Below the pieces are notes generated by a model. It did not search any database. It was given only the letters and a program-made list of their open reading frames with translations, and was not told where the DNA came from. Shown one piece after another: positions 1 to 7,550 of a stretch of 32,000 nt of DNA; the stretch's first letter is position 1; the number at the start of each line of letters is the position of its first letter. The translations under genes were made by a program, and so were the position numbers. Source of the DNA: Opitutales bacterium (lineage in GTDB: Bacteria > Verrucomicrobiota > Verrucomicrobiia > Opitutales > PNEW01); contig CBDCNV010000001.1 of NCBI GenBank assembly GCA_965219535.1, positions 900,001 to 932,000 on the forward strand, in the 5' to 3' direction.

Positions 1-12
1 ATGGTGGTCCTC

Positions 13-1392
13 CTACGACATAAAATTATCAGCTTTGGCACGTAACCGTTTCACATCATCGACGTGGGCTTTATTATCTATCAGATTGTGGTTTTCACTC
101 GGATCAGCGTCTAAATTAAATAGCTGTTCAGGCCAATCTCTATTCACGAAGCGAAAGTATTTCATGTGATCTTGCTTGACCATCACCGATGGCCCGTAAC
201 CCGGAACATGTAATTCACTGTAAACTTCATTCGGCCATCCGTCTGATCTACCTTCCATAAGCGGAACGAGGGAGCGTCCATCCAATCCGGTTGGTATTGG
301 CACCTGGGCTATCTCGCAGAGAGTCGGGAATAAATCGACCAGTGAGACATTTTCCTGAATAATCGCGCTGCCTCGATTAAACTTCTGTGGCCATGAGATG
401 AAGAATGGCACACGCACCGAAGAGTCAAAGTACAGATCTTTAAACCATAGTCCTTTTTCACCAAGCATCTCACCGTGGTCGGATAGAAAAACTATTACGA
501 AATCGTCGAGTACATTCAGCGCTTCAAGCTTGGAGATAACACGCCCGAACTGCGTATCCGCCCACTCGATCATTCCGTAATAGGCGGAGGTTGCTCTATG
601 CGCTTCGCGGTAGGTTACATCTTCCCCAACTTTTATTTTGCTAGTATCGGCGAAGTCAAAATTTTCAGGGAGGTCTTCGACGCGTGGCTTCACACGTTGC
701 ATGTAATAGGTAAACAGCTCTTCGGGGCATTGGAATGGATAGTGCGGGCAATTCAGGCTGACCGCGAGTAGTAGCGGACCCTCGCCGGGCCTATCGTGAG
801 TCGCATCGACAAAGAATTCGTCGAGGTACATCAAGGCTCCATCAACGGTGTACTTATCCTGTTTCATCAAAGTACTCATTCCGACACGGGTGTTGGCGAT
901 TTCCTTGGCTATCCCCCAGACGCCCGTACCATCTTTGTGCAAGGTAATTTCTTCGTGAAAGGTCATTGCCTGGTGAAGGGAGCGATCCACTGGTTCATAG
1001 CCATTGCGCCCTCGGATGTCTCGGCCAATTCTCTCATACCAGCCGTGCATCTGATCGGATCCGTCGGCAAAGTGCATTTTTCCCGCAGCGACGGGGTGGT
1101 ACCCGTAACGTGAGAGGTGCCCAGGAATGGTCACCACCTCGCTTGGCAGAGGGGTTCCCCAATCTCTAGTTCCGCATTTTTTAAGATAGTTTCCGGCAAG
1201 GAAGCATTGCCTTGCCGGCACACATGCCGGTGATGGTGTGTAAGCGTTACGAAAATAGGTGCCTTGGTTGATGAACCTATCGAGCGTCGGAGTTCGAATG
1301 ATAGAATCACCTTCGATGGGCATTACATCCGGTCGATGCTCATCATCTATTAGCAATAAAATATGAGGTTTTTTTTTAGTATTTTCCATCAT
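13..1392 (-). CDS. Type I (formylglycine-dependent) sulfatase, leaderless; tandem paralog 1
   Basis: 459-aa ORF with an ATG start preceded by GAGGAG. It has the N-terminal metal-binding block HILLLIDDEHRPD, the sulfatase C-x-P-x-R signature in SPACVPARQCFLAGNY, and the LSDHGEMLGEKG block. The catalytic core starts at about residue 9, so there is no signal peptide. Confidence 0.85.
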   Translation of the reverse strand: MMENTKKKPHILLLIDDEHRPDVMPIEGDSIIRTPTLDRFINQGTYFRNAYTPSPACVPARQCFLAGNYLKKCGTRDWGTPLPSEVVTIPGHLSRYGYHPVAAGKMHFADGSDQMHGWYERIGRDIRGRNGYEPVDRSLHQAMTFHEEITLHKDGTGVWGIAKEIANTRVGMSTLMKQDKYTVDGALMYLDEFFVDATHDRPGEGPLLLAVSLNCPHYPFQCPEELFTYYMQRVKPRVEDLPENFDFADTSKIKVGEDVTYREAHRATSAYYGMIEWADTQFGRVISKLEALNVLDDFVIVFLSDHGEMLGEKGLWFKDLYFDSSVRVPFFISWPQKFNRGSAIIQENVSLVDLFPTLCEIAQVPIPTGLDGRSLVPLMEGRSDGWPNEVYSELHVPGYGPSVMVKQDHMKYFRFVNRDWPEQLFNLDADPSENHNLIDNKAHVDDVKRLRAKADNFMS

Positions 1393-1524
1393 TTACTCTT
1401 CTCCTCTCAAGTAATAAGAAAGGTATCATGTCAAATTTTTTTCAATAAATTAACTACTATCCTCATGATATACACTATAGTTATTTTAAAAACGTTATTC
1501 CCTTTTATGGTATTCCGTTTCCCC

Positions 1525-2883
1525 CTAAGACATAAAATCATCAGCTTTGGCACGTAACCTTTTCAGATCGTCGGCGTGAGCCGCGTCATTTATCAGATTT
1601 TGATTTTCACCCGGATCAGCGTCTAAATCAAAGAGCTGCTCAGGCCATTCTTTACCCTCGAAACGGAAGTACTTTAAGTGGTCCTGTTTGACCATCACCG
1701 ACGGCCCGTTAAATGGATGGTATAATTCGCTATAAACTTCATTCGGCCAATCGTCAGACTTTCCTTCCATGAGCGAAACGAGGGAGCGTCCATCCAACCC
1801 GTTTGGTATCGGCACCTGGGCTATCTCGCAGAGGGTCGGGAATAAATCGACGAGCGAGACATTTTCCTGAATAATTGCGCTGCCTTGATTAAACTTTTGT
1901 GGCCTCGAGATGAAGAACGGTACACGTACCGAAGCATCAAAGTACTGCTGTTTTTCCCATAGTCCTTTTTCGCCAAGCATCTCACCGTGGTCGGACAGAA
2001 AAACTACTACGAAATCATCGAGCACATTCAGCGCTTCGAGCTTGGAGATAACACGCCCGAACTGCATATCCGTCCACTCGATCATTCCGTAATAGGCAGC
2101 AGTCGCTCTATGCGCTTCGCGATAGGTGACATCTTCACCGACTTTTATTTTGAAATAATCGTGGCAGTCGAAATTCTCAGGGAGGTCTTCGACGCGTGGC
2201 TTCACACGTTGCATGTAATAGTTAAACAGCTCTTCGGGACATTGGAATGGATAATGCGGACAATTCAAGCTGACCGCGAGTAGTAGCGGACCCTCGCCTG
2301 GCCTGTCGTAAGTCGAGTCGACAAAGAATTCGTCGAGGTACATTAAGGCACCGTCAACGGTGTACTTATCCTGTTTCATGTAAGTACTCATGCCGACTCG
2401 GGCGTTGGTCATTTCTTTGGCTTGCGGCCATTTGCCCGTACCTTCTTCGTGAAAGGTTGTGGCTTGGTGAAGGGGATCATCCGCCGGTTCGAAGCCGGTA
2501 CGCCCTCGGATGTCGCGGCCGATTCGCTCGTACCAGCCGTGCATCTGGTCGGGACCGTCGGCAAAGTGCATCTTTCCCGCAGCGACGGGGTGGTACCCGT
2601 ATCGGGAGAGATGACCGGGAATGGTTAACACCTCGCTTGGCAGTGGGATTCCGTAACCTCTGCATCCGCAGTTTTCCAGATAGTTGCCAGCCAGGAAACA
2701 CTGCCTAGCCGGCACGCATATCGGCGATGGCGTGTAGGCATTACGAAAATAGTTTCCCTGGTTGATGAACCTGTCGAGCGTCGGGGTTCGAATCTGCGAA
2801 TTACCTTCTATCGGCAAGACATCAGGTCGATGTTCATCATCGATAAGCAATAGAATATGAGGTTTTTTATTAGGACTTTCCAT
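1525..2883 (-). CDS. Type I (formylglycine-dependent) sulfatase, leaderless; tandem paralog 2
   Basis: 452-aa ORF collinear with the 13..1392 product, with high identity by eye and the same motifs (HILLLIDDEHRPD, SPICVPARQCFLAGNY, LSDHGEMLGEKG). About 45 nt of the 5' leader (..ataagaaagg..) and the 3' flank (gacataaaatYatcagctttggcacgtaacc) are also duplicated. Confidence 0.85.
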   Translation of the reverse strand: MESPNKKPHILLLIDDEHRPDVLPIEGNSQIRTPTLDRFINQGNYFRNAYTPSPICVPARQCFLAGNYLENCGCRGYGIPLPSEVLTIPGHLSRYGYHPVAAGKMHFADGPDQMHGWYERIGRDIRGRTGFEPADDPLHQATTFHEEGTGKWPQAKEMTNARVGMSTYMKQDKYTVDGALMYLDEFFVDSTYDRPGEGPLLLAVSLNCPHYPFQCPEELFNYYMQRVKPRVEDLPENFDCHDYFKIKVGEDVTYREAHRATAAYYGMIEWTDMQFGRVISKLEALNVLDDFVVVFLSDHGEMLGEKGLWEKQQYFDASVRVPFFISRPQKFNQGSAIIQENVSLVDLFPTLCEIAQVPIPNGLDGRSLVSLMEGKSDDWPNEVYSELYHPFNGPSVMVKQDHLKYFRFEGKEWPEQLFDLDADPGENQNLINDAAHADDLKRLRAKADDFMS

Positions 2884-3032
2884 AATTTACTTTTTTACTC
2901 AGATTATAAGAAAGGAGGTAAGGCGAACTTTTTGCAAAATGATTTTTAAGTAAGCGTACAACCCACCGTCTTGATTGTGAAGGAGGGTGGCTCCTGCTTG
3001 CCTTACTCGACCAGCTACGGTTTGCGCCATTT

Positions 3033-3215
3033 CGATTGTCGATTGAGTTTCTTCTCTATTGTCATTGCGAGAAGCAACGCGACGAAGCAATCCAGGGGGA
3101 TGTCAATACGTGATCGGCATTCCCCTGGAATGGAAGATGTCGCTGCGCTCGGTAGCTGCAATCGGCTACGCCTCCTTCGCAATGACAATAAGAAATCAAT
3201 CCGCATTTCGCAATC
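3033..3215. repeat. Long imperfect inverted repeat (arms about 3033-3074 and 3174-3215) enclosing a diverged copy of the GC-rich core (3095-3155)
   Basis: There is a perfect 13-bp complement: attgtcattgcga (3058-3070) against tcgcaatgacaat (3177-3189). It extends outward: cgattgagtttctt (3040-3053) against aagaaatcaatccg (3190-3203) with indels. The loop contains gggggatgtcaat...gctgcgctcggtag, which aligns to the core at 5621-5679, and an inner 7-bp stem CCAGGGG (3092-3098) / CCCCTGG (3122-3128). Confidence 0.55.
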
Positions 3216-3257
3216 CGTACCGAGAGCGTAGCTCGACATCCTCTATCCGCAATCGAT

Positions 3258-5519
3258 TCACTCTATCGTCAGTTCTTCTATCGTCACTGTAATCTCATCT
3301 CCATCCTCGTTGGCGAAGGTGGCGACAACACTTTGTGTCGGTTGAGGCGTTTCGTCAGACTTGAAGTTGTTTTGCGTGATCAGGGTTTCAAACCCGGTCG
3401 TTGTCGATCCACTCTCCGCGACTACGATCGAAGCGCCGTTCGTCTGCAAGAGGTCTCCACCGGTGATCCGCAACCCGGGGTTGCCGGCCGGTACCGTGAA
3501 GGATCCCTCACCAAAGAGAAGGTGCGGTACCGCATCGCCATCGGCATCGATGTCGCCCACGGTCAAACGTACCGCGATCGGCAAGCCGCGCGCATCGAAG
3601 CCGATCTTGCCGGTGCTTCCACTGAAGACGGTGTTCGATAACTGCACCCCTCCCAGTCCCGTGGAGTTGACTACTTCCACGAGGGCCACGTCTGCCTGGG
3701 CGTCATAGACCTGTCCTTCGGGGAACAGTGCCTGGTTAAAGGCGTTGATCCTTCCCCCCGTGAAAATGCTGAAGAAGGTATTGGCGTCCGCTCCATCGAT
3801 GACCACGCTGGGCTTGCCCGTCACATATTCGACGGCCTGGTTGTAGCGTGGGGGTATGGCCGGGGGTAGGAAGGTGGCCGGGTCCAGGGTTACGGTAAAG
3901 GTACCGTTACCTGAGAACTCTACCTGCACAATGTCCTCGTTTTCGTCCATGAAGGAAACACGGGTGATCTGTCCCGGTTTGGACTGGAGTTGGACGGACT
4001 CTCCGGTGAGTAATATCTGGTCGAAGACGTTGCCGTTGGCATGCTGAATGTCTTCCCCGGCGATATCGCCCGAGCCGTCAAGGACGAGGGGAATGGAAGG
4101 CGCTGCTACGGTGATGACTGCGGTATCGCTGTCAGCGGTACCGCCGGCATTAGTTATTTGTGCCCAGTAGTTCGTGCTCGCGGTGAGCGCACCGGTAGTT
4201 AGTGTGCTTCCGGTCGCGCCGGCGACGGGAGCTGCGGTGTCACCGCTGTTACCGGTAAACCACTGGTAAGTGAGATCGTCACCGCTGGCGGTGACGGTCA
4301 AGCTGGCTGAAGCGCCAGACTGCACTTCCTGGCTCGCGGGCTGGGTGGTGATCGAGGGTGCATCCGCGGGTGGGGGACCCTCGGAGCCGCTCCCAGGGGC
4401 GCCGATCGGGGTAAACCCGAAATCGTCGATACCGTTACGGGTAAATAAACCAGCGTTCACATCTTCATCATCAATATAAACAATCCTCCCAATACCTCCG
4501 GGTGCTCCCAATTCATCTGCATTAAAGGTAAGAAAAGTGGGTTTAAATTCCGGATGAACAACCGTCTCCATGTCTGTTACAGTCACGAGCAGGTTATCAT
4601 TAGTATCGTAGACTTCGATAGAGCAATCGATTTCTGTCTGCCCCGAGGCACTTTCACAATTTGCATAAAAATCCACCTCATAAGCCGGAGTTTCAAAGGT
4701 GATGGTGAATTCCCCATCTCCAGCCTCTACAATAAAAGATTGGTTAAAAGAATGTTGTGATGGGCCGCCGCTACTAGATCTAATACCCCCTCCACTACCA
4801 CCAGTACTGGTAAAAGTAGAGGTATAAGGAGAAGTCCCAATAGAAAAAGGTTCCAGTCTGCCATCACCTGGTCCAAATCCATCACTCGCCTCAAACCGGG
4901 TAAAGACCGTATTATTGTTGGGCTTATCCGTGGGCGTGTAGCCAAGATCATCAATGGAAAATTTACCTGTAACATTGAGAATCTTTACTTCTTTTATACC
5001 TTCAATGAATTCCAGATCCGTGGCATCAAGAAAATTGCCGCTGTCAGCAATAAAGCTTTGCAAGGCAGGGTTGGCTCCCGGGCTGATGTTAGCCGGTAGT
5101 CCTACAACTTCACCATTATCTCCTATCACTCTTAAAACTTCAGCAACTCCGCCGCTGCCTAATCCGAACCCGCTATTTCTATCTCCTCTGACTTCGATTT
5201 TGCCGCCCCCTGTTGATTCGGCCGCGTAAAATTCTAAGGTATTAATCCCGCGGGGGCTGACAATTAATCCTTCCTGACCGGGCGCAAGGGTTATCGCTTT
5301 CGATCCCGAGTGTAAAAGCGCTGGATCTTCTAATGTCTCTACGGTGAAGCCAATGAACTGGATATCATTCGGCGGACTACCGAGTCTAAAATCTCCCGAT
5401 CCTTCGGCATCCTCAAAATCGAGAAATACTTCCTGATCTTGAGGAAGAGCTGACAGGTGCACCGGTAAATAGAGCAAAAGAATCAGAATCGGGGATATTT
5501 TTACAGGTTTTCTATTCAT
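3258..5519 (-). CDS. Secreted multidomain protein of unknown function (signal peptide, two diverged N-terminal repeat modules, Ig-like domain, conserved C-terminal module of about 285 aa); paralog 1
   Basis: 753-aa ORF with a signal-peptide-like N-terminus MNRKPVKISPILILLLYLPVHLSALPQ. It has internal repeats (..LEFYAAESTGGGKIEVRGD.. and ..VDFYANCES..IEVYDT..) and an Ig-like segment ITTQPASQEVQSG..LTYQWFTGNSGDT..YWAQITNAGG..AVITV. A paralog lies at 17653..19884. I did not recognise a catalytic motif. Confidence 0.8.
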   Translation of the reverse strand: MNRKPVKISPILILLLYLPVHLSALPQDQEVFLDFEDAEGSGDFRLGSPPNDIQFIGFTVETLEDPALLHSGSKAITLAPGQEGLIVSPRGINTLEFYAAESTGGGKIEVRGDRNSGFGLGSGGVAEVLRVIGDNGEVVGLPANISPGANPALQSFIADSGNFLDATDLEFIEGIKEVKILNVTGKFSIDDLGYTPTDKPNNNTVFTRFEASDGFGPGDGRLEPFSIGTSPYTSTFTSTGGSGGGIRSSSGGPSQHSFNQSFIVEAGDGEFTITFETPAYEVDFYANCESASGQTEIDCSIEVYDTNDNLLVTVTDMETVVHPEFKPTFLTFNADELGAPGGIGRIVYIDDEDVNAGLFTRNGIDDFGFTPIGAPGSGSEGPPPADAPSITTQPASQEVQSGASASLTVTASGDDLTYQWFTGNSGDTAAPVAGATGSTLTTGALTASTNYWAQITNAGGTADSDTAVITVAAPSIPLVLDGSGDIAGEDIQHANGNVFDQILLTGESVQLQSKPGQITRVSFMDENEDIVQVEFSGNGTFTVTLDPATFLPPAIPPRYNQAVEYVTGKPSVVIDGADANTFFSIFTGGRINAFNQALFPEGQVYDAQADVALVEVVNSTGLGGVQLSNTVFSGSTGKIGFDARGLPIAVRLTVGDIDADGDAVPHLLFGEGSFTVPAGNPGLRITGGDLLQTNGASIVVAESGSTTTGFETLITQNNFKSDETPQPTQSVVATFANEDGDEITVTIEELTIE

Positions 5520-5600
5520 GGTGTTACAATGGTTATAGCATTGTCATTAAATTGCCTAAGTAAAAGTGCTGGTGTTTAATAGTCGAGGGTTATGCAAATT

Positions 5601-5706
5601 GTCGATTTCCGATTTCCGATGAGGGATGTCCATCCGTCGCACGAGGCTATGGACGACAGGCGGGCTGCGCCCTCGGTAGTCGATTCGTGATTTCGGATTG
5701 ATTGAC
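5601..5706 (+). repeat. Composite intergenic repeat: 59-nt GC-rich core (5621-5679) flanked by CGATTTC-type 7-nt periodic sequence
   Basis: The core gagggatgtccatccgtcgcacgaggctatggacgacaggcgggctgcgccctcggtag recurs at 12235-12294 (+) and 21088-21146 (reverse complement). The left flank is tcgatttccgatttccgat and the right flank is tcgattcgtgatttcggattgattg. Confidence 0.7.
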
Positions 5707-5797
5707 TCCTTTTAAATTACCATTTTTAAATCAGACTGTCATGGATAATCTCAACTGCACTAATGTCAATAGTGCTGGGAAGTAAGGAAGTTATGAG

Positions 5798-7267
5798 ATG
5801 ATCAATCTATTACTGAATGATTGCCGCGGAACGATAGAGCCTGAGCTGTATGGCACTCTTATCGAGAATACCTCGACACTTATGGAGGGGATCTGGGTAG
5901 GCGATGATCCTTCGATCCCGAATGATGACGGTTTGCGCCTGGACACCATCGAGGCTTTTCGCCAACTCGGCATATCCCTTGTCCGTTTTCCGGGCGGCAC
6001 TGGGGCTGACTACTATCGGTGGCGGAACGGAATCGGACCCCGTTCCAAGCGTCCCAGGATATGGCAGTTCTTTTTCGGCAACGAAGACTCAAATGAATTC
6101 GGCACCGATGAGTTCATGCGCTTCTGTGAAACTATAGGTGCAGCCGCTTCTATAAAAATTAATCCCATAACAGCACCGCTCCACGAAACCCTCGACTGGA
6201 TGCAGTACTGTAACTACGACGGAAACACCGACCTGGCTAACGAGAGGCGAGCGAATGGCCACCCGCAACCCTATGGTGTGAAGTCCTGGATAATCGGCAA
6301 TGAAACATCTGACACCTATTCTCCTGAAAACTATGCGGACCGGGTATTTGAATGGACCTTTTACATGCGTCAAGTTGATCCCGCGGCGAAGATCATTGCC
6401 ACTGGTGGGATCGACGATTGGAATGAGCGGTTTCTAAAAAGGTTCGCGGAACTGTCAGAGTCGGGAGGGCTTGCGAGCAACAATCCGGTAAAGGTGAATA
6501 ACAAAGGGTTTCAGCCGGGGTTTAAAGTCCATATGCTGGAACTCGTATACCCCAATGAAGAGAGGATTCAGGATGCGATTGCCTGGAGCGACAAGTACTT
6601 CGGTGAGGGCAATCTCGAATTCTGTGTCGGGGAGTACGAAGGCATGATTGAACACTGGTGGCCGGAAGAATGGACCAGCACGCTATCAACGTCCGAGTGT
6701 GTCCTAATGGCGGGCCAGACACCGGACATACCACACGAGAGCGATGCCAGGTTGGACGGTGCGCTCATGGCGGTGGAAAAGATGCACCTCTTCATGCGCT
6801 ACGCGAAACGTATCAAGATGGCCAGTTTTCTCTACCCGACGAATTGCTGGTCACCTTGGATCAAGACCAGCGGCTCGAAATTCGTTCGCACGCCGCACTA
6901 TCATGCCTTCGATATACTCAAGGAACACCTGCGCGCAGAGACAATCGGCGTGGATTTAAATAGTACGGATGGTCTCGACGTTATGGCTTCCCTCACAAAG
7001 GATGGACGACAACTGACCGTGTCAATGCTTAACCAGCAGGAGGGAAAAACGGTGGACGCCGACATGTGCCTGAAGGATGACGAGGGCAGACTCCCTCACA
7101 CAGCAGCCGCGAAGGTACTCACCGGGAATCCCGCAGATCAAAACACTTTCGATGCGCCAGACACGGTGATACCTCAGGAGGCCAAGGTTGAGATCAAGAA
7201 TGGTGAGCTGTCCTTAACATGCAAGCCGGTCTCACTGACAGTAGTTACCTGCAACCTTGCGAAGTGA
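5798..7267 (+). CDS. GH51-like alpha-L-arabinofuranosidase (cytoplasmic)
   Basis: 489-aa ORF with AAGGAAG 8 nt upstream of the ATG. It shows collinear GH51 hallmarks: ELYGTLIEN..GIWVG, LVRFPGGTGADYYRWRNGIGP, and WIIGNE (acid/base Glu context). A candidate nucleophile lies in CVGEYEG. There is no signal peptide. Confidence 0.8.
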   Translation: MINLLLNDCRGTIEPELYGTLIENTSTLMEGIWVGDDPSIPNDDGLRLDTIEAFRQLGISLVRFPGGTGADYYRWRNGIGPRSKRPRIWQFFFGNEDSNEFGTDEFMRFCETIGAAASIKINPITAPLHETLDWMQYCNYDGNTDLANERRANGHPQPYGVKSWIIGNETSDTYSPENYADRVFEWTFYMRQVDPAAKIIATGGIDDWNERFLKRFAELSESGGLASNNPVKVNNKGFQPGFKVHMLELVYPNEERIQDAIAWSDKYFGEGNLEFCVGEYEGMIEHWWPEEWTSTLSTSECVLMAGQTPDIPHESDARLDGALMAVEKMHLFMRYAKRIKMASFLYPTNCWSPWIKTSGSKFVRTPHYHAFDILKEHLRAETIGVDLNSTDGLDVMASLTKDGRQLTVSMLNQQEGKTVDADMCLKDDEGRLPHTAAAKVLTGNPADQNTFDAPDTVIPQEAKVEIKNGELSLTCKPVSLTVVTCNLAK

Positions 7268-7390
7268 GTAGAAAAGAGGGTTCACCGTTCAAGGTTCAAT
7301 GTTCTATCACTGTCGTAGCATTTCAGATATCGAAGCTCGGATAAAAGTGGTGGAGCGGGCTGTCTCTAGCACGCTTCTTTATTTACAGTG

Positions 7391-7547
7391 GTGGCATAAG
7401 GGGTCAAACGTAGAATTTAAATGTTATCGACCGATGCCAAATTTCTAATCTTATGAAAATTCATCCATGCTCCATTGTTCATGATCCAAGGAATACTTGT
7501 CAGCTTATCAATCTTTAAATTCTACGTTTGACCCTTTTACCTAATCC
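7391..7547. mobile_element. MITE-like 157-bp element with 21-bp perfect terminal inverted repeats, copy 1
   Basis: TIR-L ggggtcaaacgtagaatttaaa (7400-7421) and TIR-R tttaaattctacgtttgaccc (7514-7534). The whole 157 bp, including the outer gtggcataa and ttttacctaatcc, recurs at 13181-13337 (3 substitutions by eye) and 16070-16229. It has no ORF of meaningful size and lies between the convergent GH51 and SBP-permease genes. Confidence 0.7.
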
Positions 7548-7550
7548 TTA

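Noticed and set aside
13-2883. The tandem sulfatases as an assembly duplication artefact.
   Set aside because: The two copies differ at many nucleotide positions throughout and by an internal indel, so they are genuine diverged paralogs.
2899-3292. Small ORFs (63-86 aa) in the sulfatase / secreted-protein intergenic region.
   Set aside because: They run across the inverted-repeat element on both strands. Their sequences (..VIARSNATKQS.., ..LLRNDN..) are translations of the repeat arms, so they are most likely not genes.
7400-7421. A Tn3-family derivative (TIME). The TIR begins GGGGTC..ACG, which is reminiscent of Tn3-type 38-bp ends.
   Set aside because: Similarity is limited to about 9 positions and the right end has only GGG. 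Conserved element sequence extends beyond the TIRs, and no 5-bp target duplications are visible. This is left unclassified rather than assigned.
7453-7484. A 10-codon ORF (MKIHPCSIVH) inside the TIR element.
   Set aside because: It is too short, has no convincing ribosome-binding site, and I saw nothing to suggest coding constraint. It was not called.
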